From NCBI GenBank assembly GCA_964016885.1, contig OZ024754.1, positions 37,944,001 through 38,008,000 on the forward strand: a DNA stretch of 64,000 nt, written 5' to 3'. The first letter of the stretch is position 1. Each line of letters begins with the position of its first letter. The position numbers were made by a program, and so were the translations under genes. The stretch is from Eledone cirrhosa. Lineage: Eukaryota. This document shows, piece after piece, positions 1-15,197 of the stretch. Under the pieces are notes generated by a model. The model did no database searches, was not told where the DNA came from, and saw only the letters and a program-made list of their open reading frames with translations.

Positions 1-195
1 GACACCAGAAGTCTCCACTGCCAAGGGTACAACCGCAAACCTGTCGGAGAGCGACCGGTATTTGAAGAGTTTGGCCTCCTCAGCCCGACGTGCAGCAGAA
101 CCTGTGTTAGTCGCAGACTGCACCAGGTTGCGGCTGGAGAAAGTGTCGGTGCAAGTAGCATCCCAGACGAGGGGTTTGCCACCGCGGAACGGGAA
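1..195 (-). mobile_element. CRE-like non-LTR retrotransposon, restriction-like endonuclease fragment
   Basis: FPFRGGKPLVWDATCTDTFSSRNL...GSAARRAEEAKLFKYRSLSDRFAVVPLAVETSGV on minus strand; runs off the window edge. Confidence 0.8.
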
Positions 196-374
196 GATTT
201 TTATGATTTTTTTTTTTTTTTTTTTTAAGGAAAGAAATATTTTCATTTATGATTTTGGCCATTTCAAAGATATACTGCGTGGAATTTAACCTACTAATTT
301 AGAGGCGAAGCAGGAGTGGTTGGGGTGGAATATTTAAATGACTCTACCAAAGGGACAGTAAGTCTACCGTAATG

Positions 375-520
375 TGTGTATTAGGTCGGGATACCATGGG
401 AAAAATATTGGCCGGCCGTAGGTGTGAGCCTCGCAAGTTGGAATGGCTTTTCCAGCGCGTCTCCCTTACCATCCTCCGGGGAAACGCCTTCTCCATTCTG
501 TCTGCCGGAGCTGTGGGGGA
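375..520 (+). mobile_element. CRE-like retrotransposon C-terminal fragment
   Basis: VLG...EPRKLEWLFQRVSLTILRGNAFSILS (QRxSxAIxRGNA signature). Confidence 0.75.
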
Positions 521-1375
521 GGCCAGCATGTGGGACCCCACTTACTCCCCATACGTAGAGATGGGGAGGGCCAGAGAGATGGAGACGATGACAGTGGCCG
601 TTCGGCTGTTCTTTCATGTCTCTATAGGTTACAATTTCACTGTGATAGAAGTTGTTCTTCTGTTTACACTAGATAGATATGTCTACATGTCAGCATGTAA
701 CGAAAAATTGAAACATTTGAACATTCCAGTGTCAAGTCTATTAGGTCAGTTGTCCTTGAAACAGATTAGCCTGATAGGGTTGTTGTTTTTAACAACTAGC
801 TAAGATACCTCTAGAAGGAGATCGTCTGCTGAGAGATCGTCTTGTTAACAGGGTGCATTGGTCATTGATAAAAGCATTTTTGTAGTGATATGTGGAATTC
901 CTGAGTGAAATGTGTGACATTTGAGACGTTGGTTGAGATGAGATATTGCCTTGTGTACAGCAGATTTACTGGCCGTGCAAAAACAACAGTTACAAGATGA
1001 ACACTGTCAACAGTTTCAGAGACCAGCAGAGTGAGAAGAAGAGGGTAAAGCCAGCTTGATTTGGTTTAACTACATAGTTTCAAGATAAGTATTTCTATTT
1101 ATAATGTTAAAGCTATTTTTAGTGGTTTACATTTCATATACACAGATTTATTCACGATAATTGTGTTAGGTTACTTCTCGGTCCAAAGTGTTGAGTAAAA
1201 AAAAAATTGAAAAAATAAAATGTAGAGAAAGAGAGTACTACTAGTGTACGGCTTGAAATGTATGAGTTTGGGATCTTTGCCAGCTGAAAATATACAGAGC
1301 CTGACATTTTCCCTGCCTCATTTTCATAGCCTAAGTACGTGAGTACCAGTGGAGCACTTCTATGTGGATCCTCAC

Positions 1376-1968
1376 CAGTGGTTTCTAAACTTTTCCAAAT
1401 TTTTTTCTCGTCGGTCCCCTTACCATTTTTTGGATGCCTCGCGGTCCCCTATTATAATTGGTAGTATCGGTAGAGGGTCGGACGCCATGCTTTGACGCAT
1501 AGAGTTACGGGTCTTGCCATTCTGAGTTCAAATCCTGCCGTGGTTAACTTTGCCTTTCATCCTTACGAGGTCGATAAAATAAAGTACCAGTAATGCACTG
1601 GGTAACTGCTGACCTTGTGCCAAAAGTAGAAACAATTATATTATGGCAGCATTTCCAAAATTTTTCAAAGACAAACATTTATGAACTGCATGACAATTCT
1701 ACTACGATTTAATTTAAGTAGTATTAAAATGCCCAAAACTGCTGTCGTGTTCAATGCTTTCTAAAGAGGTGTTGCTAATTGGATATGTGGTTTTATAGAA
1801 ACAGTAATACAGAATTGATTTGAAATTGAAAAATTGCTTCCTAGATTTAAAACTTCAATCACAGTATACCATGAAATTTGGCTCTGCCTTTGCGCCCCCC
1901 CCCCCCCAAAAAAAAAATTTGCATCGCTGTTCCCTAGGAGACCGCGGACCCTAGTTTGGGAACCACTG
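1376..1968. mobile_element. hAT-like non-autonomous element carrying a nested SINE (~1454-1640)
   Basis: terminal inverted repeats CAGTGGTTTCTAAACT ... AGTTTGGGAACCACTG; no matching 8-bp TSD seen. Confidence 0.6.
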
Positions 1969-1980
1969 ATATATATATAT

Positions 1981-2348
1981 ATATATATAAAGAGAGAGAG
2001 AAGTTTGTAGTGGAGTAGAAGAAATTAAAAAAGGTCGCACGTTGAGAGAGAGGTTGTGTACGTGGGAAACGAAAGTAACTATGGGTAGAGAAAGTGAAAG
2101 AGAGACGCTATATGTTTGTTTCTGTGTGCATGCATGTGTACGCCAGTGAAGATGTGTGTGTGTGTGTGGTGTCACACAAAAGTCAAGAATCGGCTTAAAC
2201 TCTAGATCAAAGTATCAGTTGAAGGTTTAACAATATTGCGTCAGCTTTTATAAATTCGTTTTACACCAGTCTTTGAAAGTTTCAGATCAAATTGATAAAA
2301 TCATAAGCGCCGAATTGCCCGATCCTGACGAAGACTCAGATATATTTG

Positions 2349-2382
<34 letters not shown>

Positions 2383-2484
2383 CGGTCTCGCTTCATACTG
2401 TAAACCAGAGCACACATCCAATACAGTTGTTTACTGTCTTCTCTTATCAACTGTTTACCGGGCGAAGCCGGGTACCTCGACTAG
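1981..2484 (+). mobile_element. non-autonomous Helitron
   Basis: Rep remnant DQIDKIISAELPDPDED; 3' hairpin CCGGGCGAAGCCGG followed by CTAG|T at 2481-2484; 5' end approximate within (TA)n. Confidence 0.8.
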
Positions 2485-3237
2485 TATATATATATGAGAG
2501 AGAAATCAAATTGTTGAGAGATTAAGAATTTCTATATCTATCTAATCTAATCTGGTCGAGTTTACACTCGCAAATAAGAAGAACCAGGGCCGCTCCTAGG
2601 AGCATTGGACTTGGTGTACTTCATATTTGTTTTGGTTGCTGAATACAATCAGGGGTCGCTGCTTCTCCTGAAGGTCAATAGTTCCTTTCTAACTCGAGTG
2701 GGAGGAGCACCTTTCCATTCTCAATTTGAATTGATCATCTACAAAGCCACATTGTTCTCAGAACCACTACACCAGTCTTTCGATGTGTGCAGCTGGAACT
2801 ACTGCCACCCATTGATTTGGCAACTCATTTTTACAGCTAAGTAAACTGGAGCAACGTGAAATAAAGTGTCTTGCTCAAAGACACAACACATCACCCGGTC
2901 CGAGAATCGAACTCACAACGTTTCGATTGCAAGCCCAATGCTCTATTTAACCACTAAGCCATGAGACTTCACTTTTCTATACAAATTGTGTAATAATAGC
3001 AAATATTTGAACAAAGCATTTAATGTGTTTTTATTTAATATACACTTTTGTCCCATGTATAGTACACATTGAAAAAACATTTTTTTCCCCATCAAAACAC
3101 TTTTGTACTTCATTAGTTTTGCTAACTTTTCAAAAGGTTTTTCATGTCTAACCTGTTTGACTATTATTTTCCAAGCTTGCTGATGCCAGAACGGTTAGGT
3201 GATTAGGCTCTGCTCATACACTTCGATTTGGCTTGGT

Positions 3238-3430
3238 TTCTATGACTGGATGCCCTTCCTAACACCAACCACTTTAAACCATGTACTGAGAGCATAGTTT
3301 CTATGACTGAGCTGGATGCCCTTCCTAATGCCAACCACTTTACGTGTACTGAGAGCATAGTTTTTATGACTTGATACCCTTCCTAACACCAACCACTTTA
3401 CAATGTAAACATGTACCGAGAGCATTTTAT
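3238..3430. repeat. three tandem ~60-bp copies of an RTE 3'-UTR motif
   Basis: ATGACT..GATGCCCTTCCTAACACCAACCACTTTA...GAGAGCAT x3. Confidence 0.75.
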
Positions 3431-3819
3431 CATGGTCCTAGCACTATCATGTTACAGGGTGCACTGGATGCTTTTATTGCAGCACCCACACTACTACCTT
3501 TCATGGTGGACTGAATGCCTTTATTGTGGCACCAGCTCAACCACTTTACAACACTAGAGTGCTCAGTGACTTTGGTCTGTCTGGGAATACATTAGTAAGG
3601 GTTGTGGCTAGGGAAAATGTCTGGTCATGAGGTTGCCTCGGAACAAATGAGTAGTGTTTGACATATTGTGGAATGTATCCGACTTCACTTGATGGCCGAT
3701 GCTAATTACAGTTCACTCCCTGTAATTTATGAGCTCCACACACTCTCTATCTTTTCTATATATATATATTATATATAATTAAGTTAAAGTTATATATAAT
3801 TCGTTTCGTTATTTGTTTT

Positions 3820-3906
<87 letters not shown>

Positions 3907-4542
3907 AGCTGAAAAATATCTTTTAACATGTTAAAATATCCCCCACACACTTACAGACACATTCCTACTGACCATCCCTCTACCACGAATTACTCTGCTA
4001 CACACACACACACACACACACTTGTCTTAATAGGCATTTGAACTGTCAACAGGCTGCGGTTCGCACACACATCCCTGCTGACCATTATCACAACAACGAA
4101 TCTCTTTACTACTACTACACACACACACATATTTGTTTTGAAAGACTTGTTTCTCAGTAACTTCTCAATCAGCCGACACAAACCTACATTTGGCGCAATA
4201 TCAATTTTTAACATTCACATGACCTCTACCGACCAATCAAAATTGTTTTGACCACAAGAATTTTTGCAACACGAATTGGCGCAAAACTTATTTTAATACC
4301 GCTGGAGCCACTTTTTTAACATAAAAACAGGTAGAATTCCCAAAACTAATCAGATCAGAGCAAACATCACGGACGCTCTATCTCAAAATTATTTTTGAAA
4401 AGCATTAGAAATGCGCAACCGGTAAAACCAAAACTGAATACTAACCAATACTATTACTAATTCTCACTTATTCCTAATTAAACTATTTTTCACTGTGAAC
4501 AATTTGTCAGCATTTTCTTTTCCGTTTACCAATATATATATA

Positions 4543-4619
<77 letters not shown>

Positions 4620-4632
4620 ATATATATATATA

Positions 4633-6217
<1,585 letters not shown>

Positions 6218-7924
6218 GCACATACATAGATACATGTACATGTATATGTGTGTGTATGCTGTTTACTTTTATTCACATGTCAGACCCGAGGGACCAAGAC
6301 ATATATTTACATATACTAAGACCTAGACGTAATCAAAAGTGAAAATATTGTTAATCTCTTCATACACAGCTAATTCATCTTCGTAATTCTTAAGAAACTT
6401 GGCTGCTATTTCTAGCAAGTGAAGCGAACACGTAGAGACATGTTGCTATTGTTTACTTTTATTCGCAGACTTGGACGAGCAAGACAAGATGACCCGATAT
6501 ATAGTCGATGGAATTCCTGCCGTGACCATCCAGTGTTTATATGAATATCTAGGTACCCACAACTACATCGCTCAATGCACCTTTCATTGTTTTAAAAGGA
6601 GGCGTGGAAGACAGAATGGGTGAGAGGCCGGTTTTACAAAATAAAAAGCGAAAGCACTTTGAAAAAATAGTGGTGATGCGATTTCATATTACCCTTGCTT
6701 TTACTTTAACCCCTCCCACCATCACCACCACGGTCATTTGATGTTCAGATTACAGGGAGTGTGAGATGGTATTTTAATTGTTTTATTTATTTACTTATAT
6801 CAAACATCAAACACGTTGCTGGGAATAAATTAAAAATCTTGTCTTCCTCAAAAAAAAAAAAATAATAATAATAATAATAATTCAACCCTAACCTTTCCCA
6901 TGATGCAACATTACAAGTAAATAAATTGACGATTTAGCGACATCAGTTCCTTCAAGTTTTCTGAAACCCCAAGAACGAGGAAACCTCAAGAACGAGAAGA
7001 TACTTAATCGCCAAAATGTTCATTCATTGAAAAATGCAGGGAGGGTAACAACAACATTTTTTAAATTGTTTCTACTATTGGCATTTATCGACCCCGTAAG
7101 GCAAAGTTAACCTCGGTAGGATTTGAACTCAGAATGGCAAGGGCCGTAACTCTATACGTCAAAGCGTGGCGTCCGACCCTCTACCGATAGATACTACCAA
7201 CCTTAGTAATAATAATTGTTTCTACTTTTGGCACAAGGCCAGCAATTACTCAGTGTATTACTGGTACTTTATTTTATCGACTAATAATAATAATTATTCA
7301 ACATACTTTGTCTAACATAGGTAGAACTTCGTACATATGTACGCGCCGGGGGGGGGGGGGGGGTTCCACATTATACATATATCGTTAGCACCCCAAACAC
7401 TTAAATTGGGTTTATATTTTAATATAACCTAATGTTTGTTGAGTGAGATGGTTACCAGTCAGTGTTTAGCTTTAAACTATCTCTGTTATTGTATTAAATA
7501 TATATATATATATTAGGTATAGGATTATCCAAGATGTAGTAGTGGTTAATTACTACACTGGATATGGTTGACGTGCGGTAAGAGGTTACTCTACGAGTTA
7601 TGGAAGAATTGTTCAAGAAACTTAGTTCCTGATCCTTCAGTATTCCGGAGTGTATATAAAGAATGTACTTGCAAGTACTTGTGAATGTACTTGCAAGTAC
7701 TTGTGAATTTGCACGTAGCATAACTAGGCTGCAGTACCACCGTGGAAACACTTGTAAGCACACGGAATAAATTACCTTTTTATGATGTCTACCTGTTATT
7801 ATTCATTCTTTATATATATATATATATATATATACGAACACAAACGTATATGTGAATCTCCCCCCCCCCCTCTCTCTGTGTAGACACACATATATACGCG
7901 TAATTATATGTATGTATACACATT

Positions 7925-7956
<32 letters not shown>

Positions 7957-9140
7957 CGTGTGCATATGTAGGAGAGAGACGGGAGCATTTAAACACTTCC
8001 AATCGCTTCCCTGTGAAAGATATTTAGCTGCTATTTCTAGCATTTTCTATAGCAGAAGAGGCACTTATTTGAAGGTCATTTGGTTGCTAATTCTAGCATT
8101 AAACAAGATAACAAACAGGTTGTGAGGTTTAAGAGTTTTGGCTGTTATCTCTAGCATAAGGTAGCCATTTTGGTTGGGCGGCAGGTGAACCTTTCCACAC
8201 GGCAGTATTGGCTGCCAGATTGAGCGGTATATCTACTGGCTGGGTGGTTGAACGTTTGGGTTCATCTGGTTAGTTGGGTAGATGGCGAGAGTGACTATCA
8301 GCTACCTGGTTAGGCTGTTTGTAAAAAGGTTTTCCAAGGGAAGTAACTCATTCAAATATCTTTTTATGAGTTATTTCCCGTGGTCTGTAACGTTTTAATG
8401 ATTTGTTGTTTCCCATTTTATTGATTTTTTAAAAATAACTTTCTTATATATATATATATATATCGGACCGAGGAAACACTGTTTCCATTGGTCTTTCCAA
8501 TTGCTGATACTATAGGTATATTTATATACTTGATATATATATGTGTTTATTGTATATAATATGTATATTTATATTTATTATATATATATATTATATAGAT
8601 GTATATATATAATTGTTTCTACTTTTGGCACAAGGCCAGCAATTATACCAGTGCATTACTGGTACTTTATTTTGACACCGTAAGGATGAAAGGCAAAGTT
8701 AACCTCGACGGGATTTGAACTCAGAACGTAAATGGCCATAACTCTACGCTGTAAGGCATGGTGTCCGACCCTCTACCGATACTGCCAATTCACTGCCCTT
8801 GATATATATATATTAATTGTTTCTACAAGGCCATAAATTAACCAGTGCATTACTGGTATATTAATATTTATTATATATATATATTTATTTATTTATCTAT
8901 ATTATATATATTTATCTATATTATATATATATATATATTTATTTATTTATCTATATTATATATATATATATATTTATTATCTATATATATATATATATAT
9001 CACTAGGTCTACCAAATCAGAATATTATAAAATTAAATCAAATTGTTTAGAACTACAAGTGAAGTCATTTGTTTCCTTTTTTCAATTATGCCTAACTGTA
9101 CCAAGGATTTCATATATTTTCCTCTATATATATATAATAT

Positions 9141-9183
<43 letters not shown>

Positions 9184-9406
9184 TAATATATATATATATA
9201 ATATATATAATATATATATATATAATATATATAATATAATAATATATATAATATAATAATATATATAATATAATAATATATATAATATAATATAATATAT
9301 ATAATATAATATATATAATATAATATATATAATATATATATATAATATATATATATAATATATATATATAATATATATAATATATATAATATATATATAT
9401 AGGAAA

Positions 9407-9442
<36 letters not shown>

Positions 9443-9699
9443 AAAAGGGCGGTGGATTGGCAGTATCGGTAGAGAGTCGGACGCCATGCTTTCCAGCATA
9501 GTTACGTCCCTTTACGATCTGAGTTCAAATCCCACCGAGGTTGACTTACAGGGTCGATAAAATAAAGTACCAGTAATACACTGGGTAATTGCTGGCCTTG
9601 TGCCTAAAGTAGAAACAATTATATATATATATATATTTATTATATATATATATTCATATTTATTATATATATATTCATATACACATTTATTATATATAT

Positions 9700-10607
9700 C
9701 ATCCTCATCACCGTTTTACGTCCATCCTTCTACGCTAGCATGGGTTAGATGGGTTGTCCTGTTGTGGGCAGTGCCCAGTCGGCTGACCTTGTCTTGCTCA
9801 TACGGGAACTGATTCTGGCTTAATTTGTACAGCTAAATGCCCTTCCTAACACCAACCCCATTTACAGTGAGTGCTGAGTGCTTTTTTGCTGTGGCACATC
9901 CACGATGTAGCGGGAGGGGCTGGAGGCACACTGTCTATATGCTTTTCAACTTCGGCTTGTACCTGTGGGAAGTTGGGTCTTCTGTATTACTGCGCGACAC
10001 CAGAGGTCATGGTCCTGTGTCGTCGGCTTTTATTACCTCATCCCAACGGCACGGCTTCCATCGACTTCTAGTGCATCACATGTCCATACCAACGCAACCT
10101 CCTCTCCTGCACACAGCATTTGATTCCTCTTATGCTCGGTCTCTCGCTCAATTCGTTTATGCTTTGCCGTTCGCGTATATTACTATTACACATCCATCGG
10201 AGCATGCAAACTTTGTTTCTTTCTAATCAACGCAAGTCTTCTGCACACAACGCCCAGGTCTCACTACCATGTAACATAGCTGTTCGTATGCATACATCAT
10301 ACAGTCTGTCTTTCATTTTGAGGAAAAAGCCTTTTGCAGCTAGCAGTGGCATAGCTCCCTGAACTTCTTCCATCCTGTTCTTACCCTGGTTACTGTACTT
10401 TCTGAACACCCACCTCCGCTAGATAGCAAAAGCTGTCTACTGTTTCTACAGCGCCCTCCCAGAGTTTGGTGGTGCTTGTTTCCCAGTGCAGCTGCTACAT
10501 GTAAAGCCTAAATTCTTAGCTAAGCTTCCTGAGATCCCAATACATCTCTTGTGTATCCATTGTTTGCATTTGGTCCAGAGGATGGAGTTCCTACCTACAC
10601 GTTTCCT
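9700..10607 (-). mobile_element. RTE-clade LINE 3' fragment, family B (long 3' UTR)
   Basis: ICRKRVGRNSILWTKCKQWIHKRC...LYDVCIRTAMLHGSETWAL; 3' UTR with ATGCCCTTCCTAACACCAACC; (GAT)n tail. Confidence 0.85.
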
Positions 10608-10959
10608 ACATATATATATAAATATAAATATATGTATATATATATATATATATAGACCGGGTGATGTGTTGTTTCCTTGAGCAAGACACTTTATTTCACA
10701 TGGCTCCAGTTTACTCAGCTGTAGAAATGAGATGATAGGGACTGGGGTCCATATCATTCCACTGCAAAGTGGTCGTGGAGGTGCCACGGCAAAAAAGCAC
10801 CCAGCACTCACTGTAAATGAGGTTGGTGTTAGGAAGGGCATCCAGCTGTAGAAATCAAGCCAGCATCAGTTCCCGTCCCACCCTTGCAAGCAGGGAAAAA
10901 AGCGGACGTAAAATGAAATGATGATATAGGTGAGTGTTGTAATCAACAGAAAACCTGTC

Positions 10960-11400
10960 CATACTTTATTACATGTTATTGGCAGTGCTGGCATTCAATG
11001 CACAATTGTCTGCAAAGAGGTCATGAATCTCATTGGTTTTGAGTTCAGCAACTGCTTTCAAGTGAGCAAGGTTGTGAAGCCTGCCATCCATTTTATAGTA
11101 GAGGTGAAGATCTCAAAGTAACTGTGACCATTGCTGATAATGTGATGAACAGTGTTGGTGTCAGTACATACTGCTGCTTTACACCATTGCTGGAAGGAAA
11201 GTCTGGTAATGCCTCACAATCATGAAATTGTCTGACAATGTTGATAAATTTGTCTAGGGAGCCAAACATAGACCTAATCTTCCAGGGGCTTTTGTGACTT
11301 AGAGTATTGACTCTCTTGGTTAAACCAACAAATGTAGTATATTGTTTTCAGAGTTGTTCTTGCAGTAAATACCATGTATACAGGGTCACATCCTGTATTG
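10960..11400 (-). mobile_element. old RTE/BovB-like RT fragment
   Basis: degenerate minus-strand RT motifs (LQEQL..., FVGL, VKQQYVLTPTLF, FADNCAL). Confidence 0.5.
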
Positions 11401-11498
11401 ATTTTCTGGGAGTATACCAATCTCAAGGTGGTTATGAAGTTAGGAAACAGAGTATTAAGCAGAGTTTATAATTCAATTTCAAGCTTCTTCAATAATTC

Positions 11499-11660
11499 CA
11501 AGGGTTGGCTGAAAAGCTCATAGGCTGCAAGCATTAATTTCAATATGTCTTATTAATAACTGCATTGTTTCTTTCCAGGGACTATGTTGAAAAATACACC
11601 TCATTTGCTTATTCTATGAGAGTATCTCAGTCAGCCTATGAACTTTTCAGTAGACCCTCA
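11499..11660. mobile_element. mariner-derived MITE
   Basis: TIRs CAAGGGTTGGCTGAAAAGCTCATAGGCTG ... CAGCCTATGAACTTTTCAGTAGACCCTCA; interior matches the 5' UTR of the 42870-43783 mariner. Confidence 0.78.
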
Positions 11661-12814
11661 TAACACCACTTTTGAACCAGAATTTATCAAAATGAAAAGA
11701 GACAAAAAACAAATGTGTTAAAGAGATTTTTTTTAATTATAATCAATGAAATTATTTACACACCAGTTTTTCTTTCAAAATTTTCAATATTTTTCTATTT
11801 TGTTTAGAATTCCAACCAGACATTGAGCCAGTAAATTTTGATGTAATTAGGCAGATGAGTGAATGGGAGGAAATTGGACACAAATCTAAGAATGAGTTTA
11901 GAAATGAAATAATTCCTATATGATAATTCAATTTTAAGAGTTTTATGCCTGAATAAATATTATCAATGTTTTCAATTTAAACAGACTATTTTTAAAAGTG
12001 CTTATCAACATCGTCATTATTATTATTAATATTATTACTATTCTCTTATATACGTGCACACACTTAAGCTTTAGTATAAAATTTTTATTTTAGATGCAAG
12101 TTAAATAGCTCCCAATATAGTTTAGGTTATATTCTCATGGTTTGTTACTTAATGAAGTTAAATGGTAAAGTAGAAAAGTAGATGAAAACAAATGCATTTT
12201 GAACATTAAATACAAACTATAGAACAATTGATCTGAATTAATAGGAAAATAGTTTGTGAGGAGATGTAATTATAATCTAGAACCCATAGTTAACATTTTA
12301 TACTATTTTCTTTAGTAGCTAACGTGAAAACATGAATTTGCCATAAAACGGCATTGTATAGAATCAAAACAAGATGCTTAACAACAGCATCGACAGACAA
12401 ATTTTCAAGCATGAACCTTTGTGATTTATCGAAAATAATCTATTTTGTCTTCCTTCATAAAATGTTTTTTTTTTTTTTTAACTTAGGTATGAAAGTTTAG
12501 AAGAGGATAAATGAATTATGGGGGGGTCATATCTTTCCCATAGATGTTGATAAACTAAATGAAGGGAAATTGTTCCAAACAATTATTAAGATTGCTTCCT
12601 TCTTTAATGACATATGTTACTATTGAGTCAAACATCTCTTGGGATTTTGAATGCAAACAAAAAAGGTAAAATATAGTGTTCAGTTATAACTGGAAGGAAA
12701 TAATCAAAGGACAAAGGTCTCCAAAACCCCTTCCTCCAGACCTAGCACACAAAAAAAAAAAGAAGTGGAGAAAAAAAAACAAGGAGGAAAAATGTTTTAC
12801 TATTAATTAGTGAT

Positions 12815-12936
12815 TTACTCAATTAGTTTCTTTGACTTGAAGTATCTGCGAAGATATAGCACTTGCCATGTGGCCAAGCCCAGCAAACAACACATAGAGA
12901 AAATGCTGAAGTACATTACTCTTGAATGAGTCGATT
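12815..12936 (-). CDS. TMED10: TMED10 coding exon 5 (TM helix and KKxx-type cytoplasmic tail)
   Basis: polypyrimidine+TAG acceptor; (E)[39 protein letters not shown]; five exons sum to 624 nt = 207 aa + stop. Confidence 0.96.
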
Positions 12937-13019
12937 CTATAAAGAAAGAAAAAAGAAAATTATTATGTATCAGAGAAATTCTTTTAATACTATATATACA
13001 AATTTGAGGTGGAGCTAAT

Positions 13020-13850
13020 ATTTTCGATATGTAGAAGAGGAGTTAACATAAATTCTATAAAATGTACACAATGCAGATCTTGGGTAGACAGGAAGTGTAG
13101 TGGGATAGCAGGCAAACTAACAGGAAGGGAAAACTTCATATGCAGCAGATGTTCAGGGAAATTTGATAGTAGAAGTGGCAGAGATATACACATTTTTCAA
13201 ATGCAGGTAGGCTCTATAAAGGTGGTTGATAGCTTCTGATACCTACGTGATCAGATTAGTAAGGGGGGAGGGCTCCGAGGCCATAATATCTAGAATAAGG
13301 ACAGGATGGAAGAAGTTTAGGGAGCTGCTTTCTCTGTTGACAACAAAGGGTTTCTCCCTATGAACGAAAGGTCGGCTATATGATGCCTGTGTGAGATGCA
13401 TGGTGTTGCATGGTAGTGTGACATGGGTAGCAACTACGGAGGATATGCGACGGCTGGAGAGAAATGAAGCAAGCATACTCCGATGGATGTGCAATGTCAA
13501 TGTGCGTGAATGACCAAGCATAGACGAGTTGAGAGTGAAATTGTGTATAAGAGGGATAAGTTGTGGTGTGTGGGAGAGAAGACTGCGTTGGTATGGACAT
13601 GTGATGCACATGGAGGATGATCGATGGGTGAAGAAATGCCAAGAAATCCTGGTGGAAGGAAGATGCAGTAGAGGAAGACCACGAAAAACATGGGCGGATG
13701 TGGTGAGAGCTGACCTCAGATCGCTGAAGCTCACAGAGGAGATGACGAAGGACCGTAACAAATGGAGAGATGTTGTGCTGAATAGGACCCATCCCACCCT
13801 TGCAAGCAAGGAAAAGCGAATGCAAAATGATGATGATGATGATGATGGTG
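13020..13850 (+). mobile_element. RTE-clade LINE 3' fragment, family A, in TMED10 intron 4
   Basis: SICRRGV..SIKCTQCRSWV...RRLRWYGHVMHMEDDRWVKKC..RGRPRKTW; (GAT)n tail. Confidence 0.9.
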
Positions 13851-15070
13851 ATAAAATTAATTCATTTACAAAATATTGGGAAGATTTGAAAAAATGTTTC
13901 GCTTTTTGAAAAGCTGCCACTTTGCAAATGAACTGGAAATAAGGGTTTCTGATTTAGGCACAAGGCCAACAATTTTTAGGGAGGGGGGAAAGTTGATGAA
14001 ATCAACCCTAGTATATCACTGGTACTTTATTTTATCGACCCTCGTAAGGATGAAATACAAAGCTAATCTCAGCAGGATTTGAAGCAAGAACCTAAAGAGA
14101 TGTAACTATGTCGCAAAGCATGGTGTTCGACGCTCTACCAATGCTGCCAATCCACCGCCCTAAATGATCTAGAAATAATAATAGTCGATTAAGTTGGGTA
14201 AATTACCTTTTATTCATCTAATTTTACCACCGCTGTTTGAAAAGCTCTTCAAGTAACGTAAAAATCATCCTCCTTCTACCAACTCTCTCTTTAGTCCACT
14301 AATGTATTTTACTATTTGATCCGGTTTTAAAAGCTCACAAGTTCTTCTGTCAGTAGTTTTCCTATGATTTCAATCAAAACTTGAAAATATTCCATCTTCT
14401 GGATTTCTTTTTTCCCTTGGTTTTCAAATATTTTCTTTTCCACTCTCTATATCACCAATTTCATGGGTAACCAAGTGGGTTCCAAAAGTATAGTAGCCAG
14501 GGCAAGAACAAGATGGAGAAAGTCCAGGGAGCTACTACCGCTGTTAGCTACAAAGGGTTTTCCCCTCAAAATGAAGGGCAGATTGTGTGATACAAACAGC
14601 AATGTCTCCCCTCCACATCCCATTAAATTTTGCTAATCTATCTCTGGCAAAAGGATGGCTTTGGGTCTCAATATGTAAACTAAGCAACAAATTCTGGTTT
14701 TTAAAAAAAAAAAAAATCAAAGACAACCTAGAAAAATTACTTTTTTCCAACACCCCGTTATTATTTGGGACCCGAGAGTAGCTCCAATGATTGGACATGA
14801 CTGACAAGTAATTAGTAAGTTGTTTGCGCTTGAACTCAGTTGATAAGTGATAAGGTACTAATTAAATAAAAATGTACTAAAAGATAAATTTAAGACTTGA
14901 AAATTAAAAATTACTCATTAAGACATTTCAAAAATGATAAAGTCAGTGAGGAGTGTTTTGGAATTTGGAAGACATGACAAATATTATGAGAGTGAAGTTA
15001 TAAAACAAAAACCATTTAACAGTAAACATCCTAAATACCAACGAATAAAGGATTTAAAATAGTACTTCAC

Positions 15071-15197
15071 CATTAGTATCTCTCATTTCCTCTTCTCGAT
15101 TTCGCATGTATGCGAAATCATCAACAATTGATTTGGATAAATCTTCAAGCCGTCGCAGTTCAATTTCTAGGGGTTTTAAGTTTTCAGCTTTTGCAAG
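15071..15197 (-). CDS. TMED10: TMED10 coding exon 4 (coiled coil)
   Basis: [42 protein letters not shown]; AAG acceptor, GTGAAG donor; 127 nt. Confidence 0.95.

Noticed and set aside
13243-13920. 225-aa and 229-aa (56230-56919) ORFs
   Set aside because: Antisense frames of RTE 3' fragments
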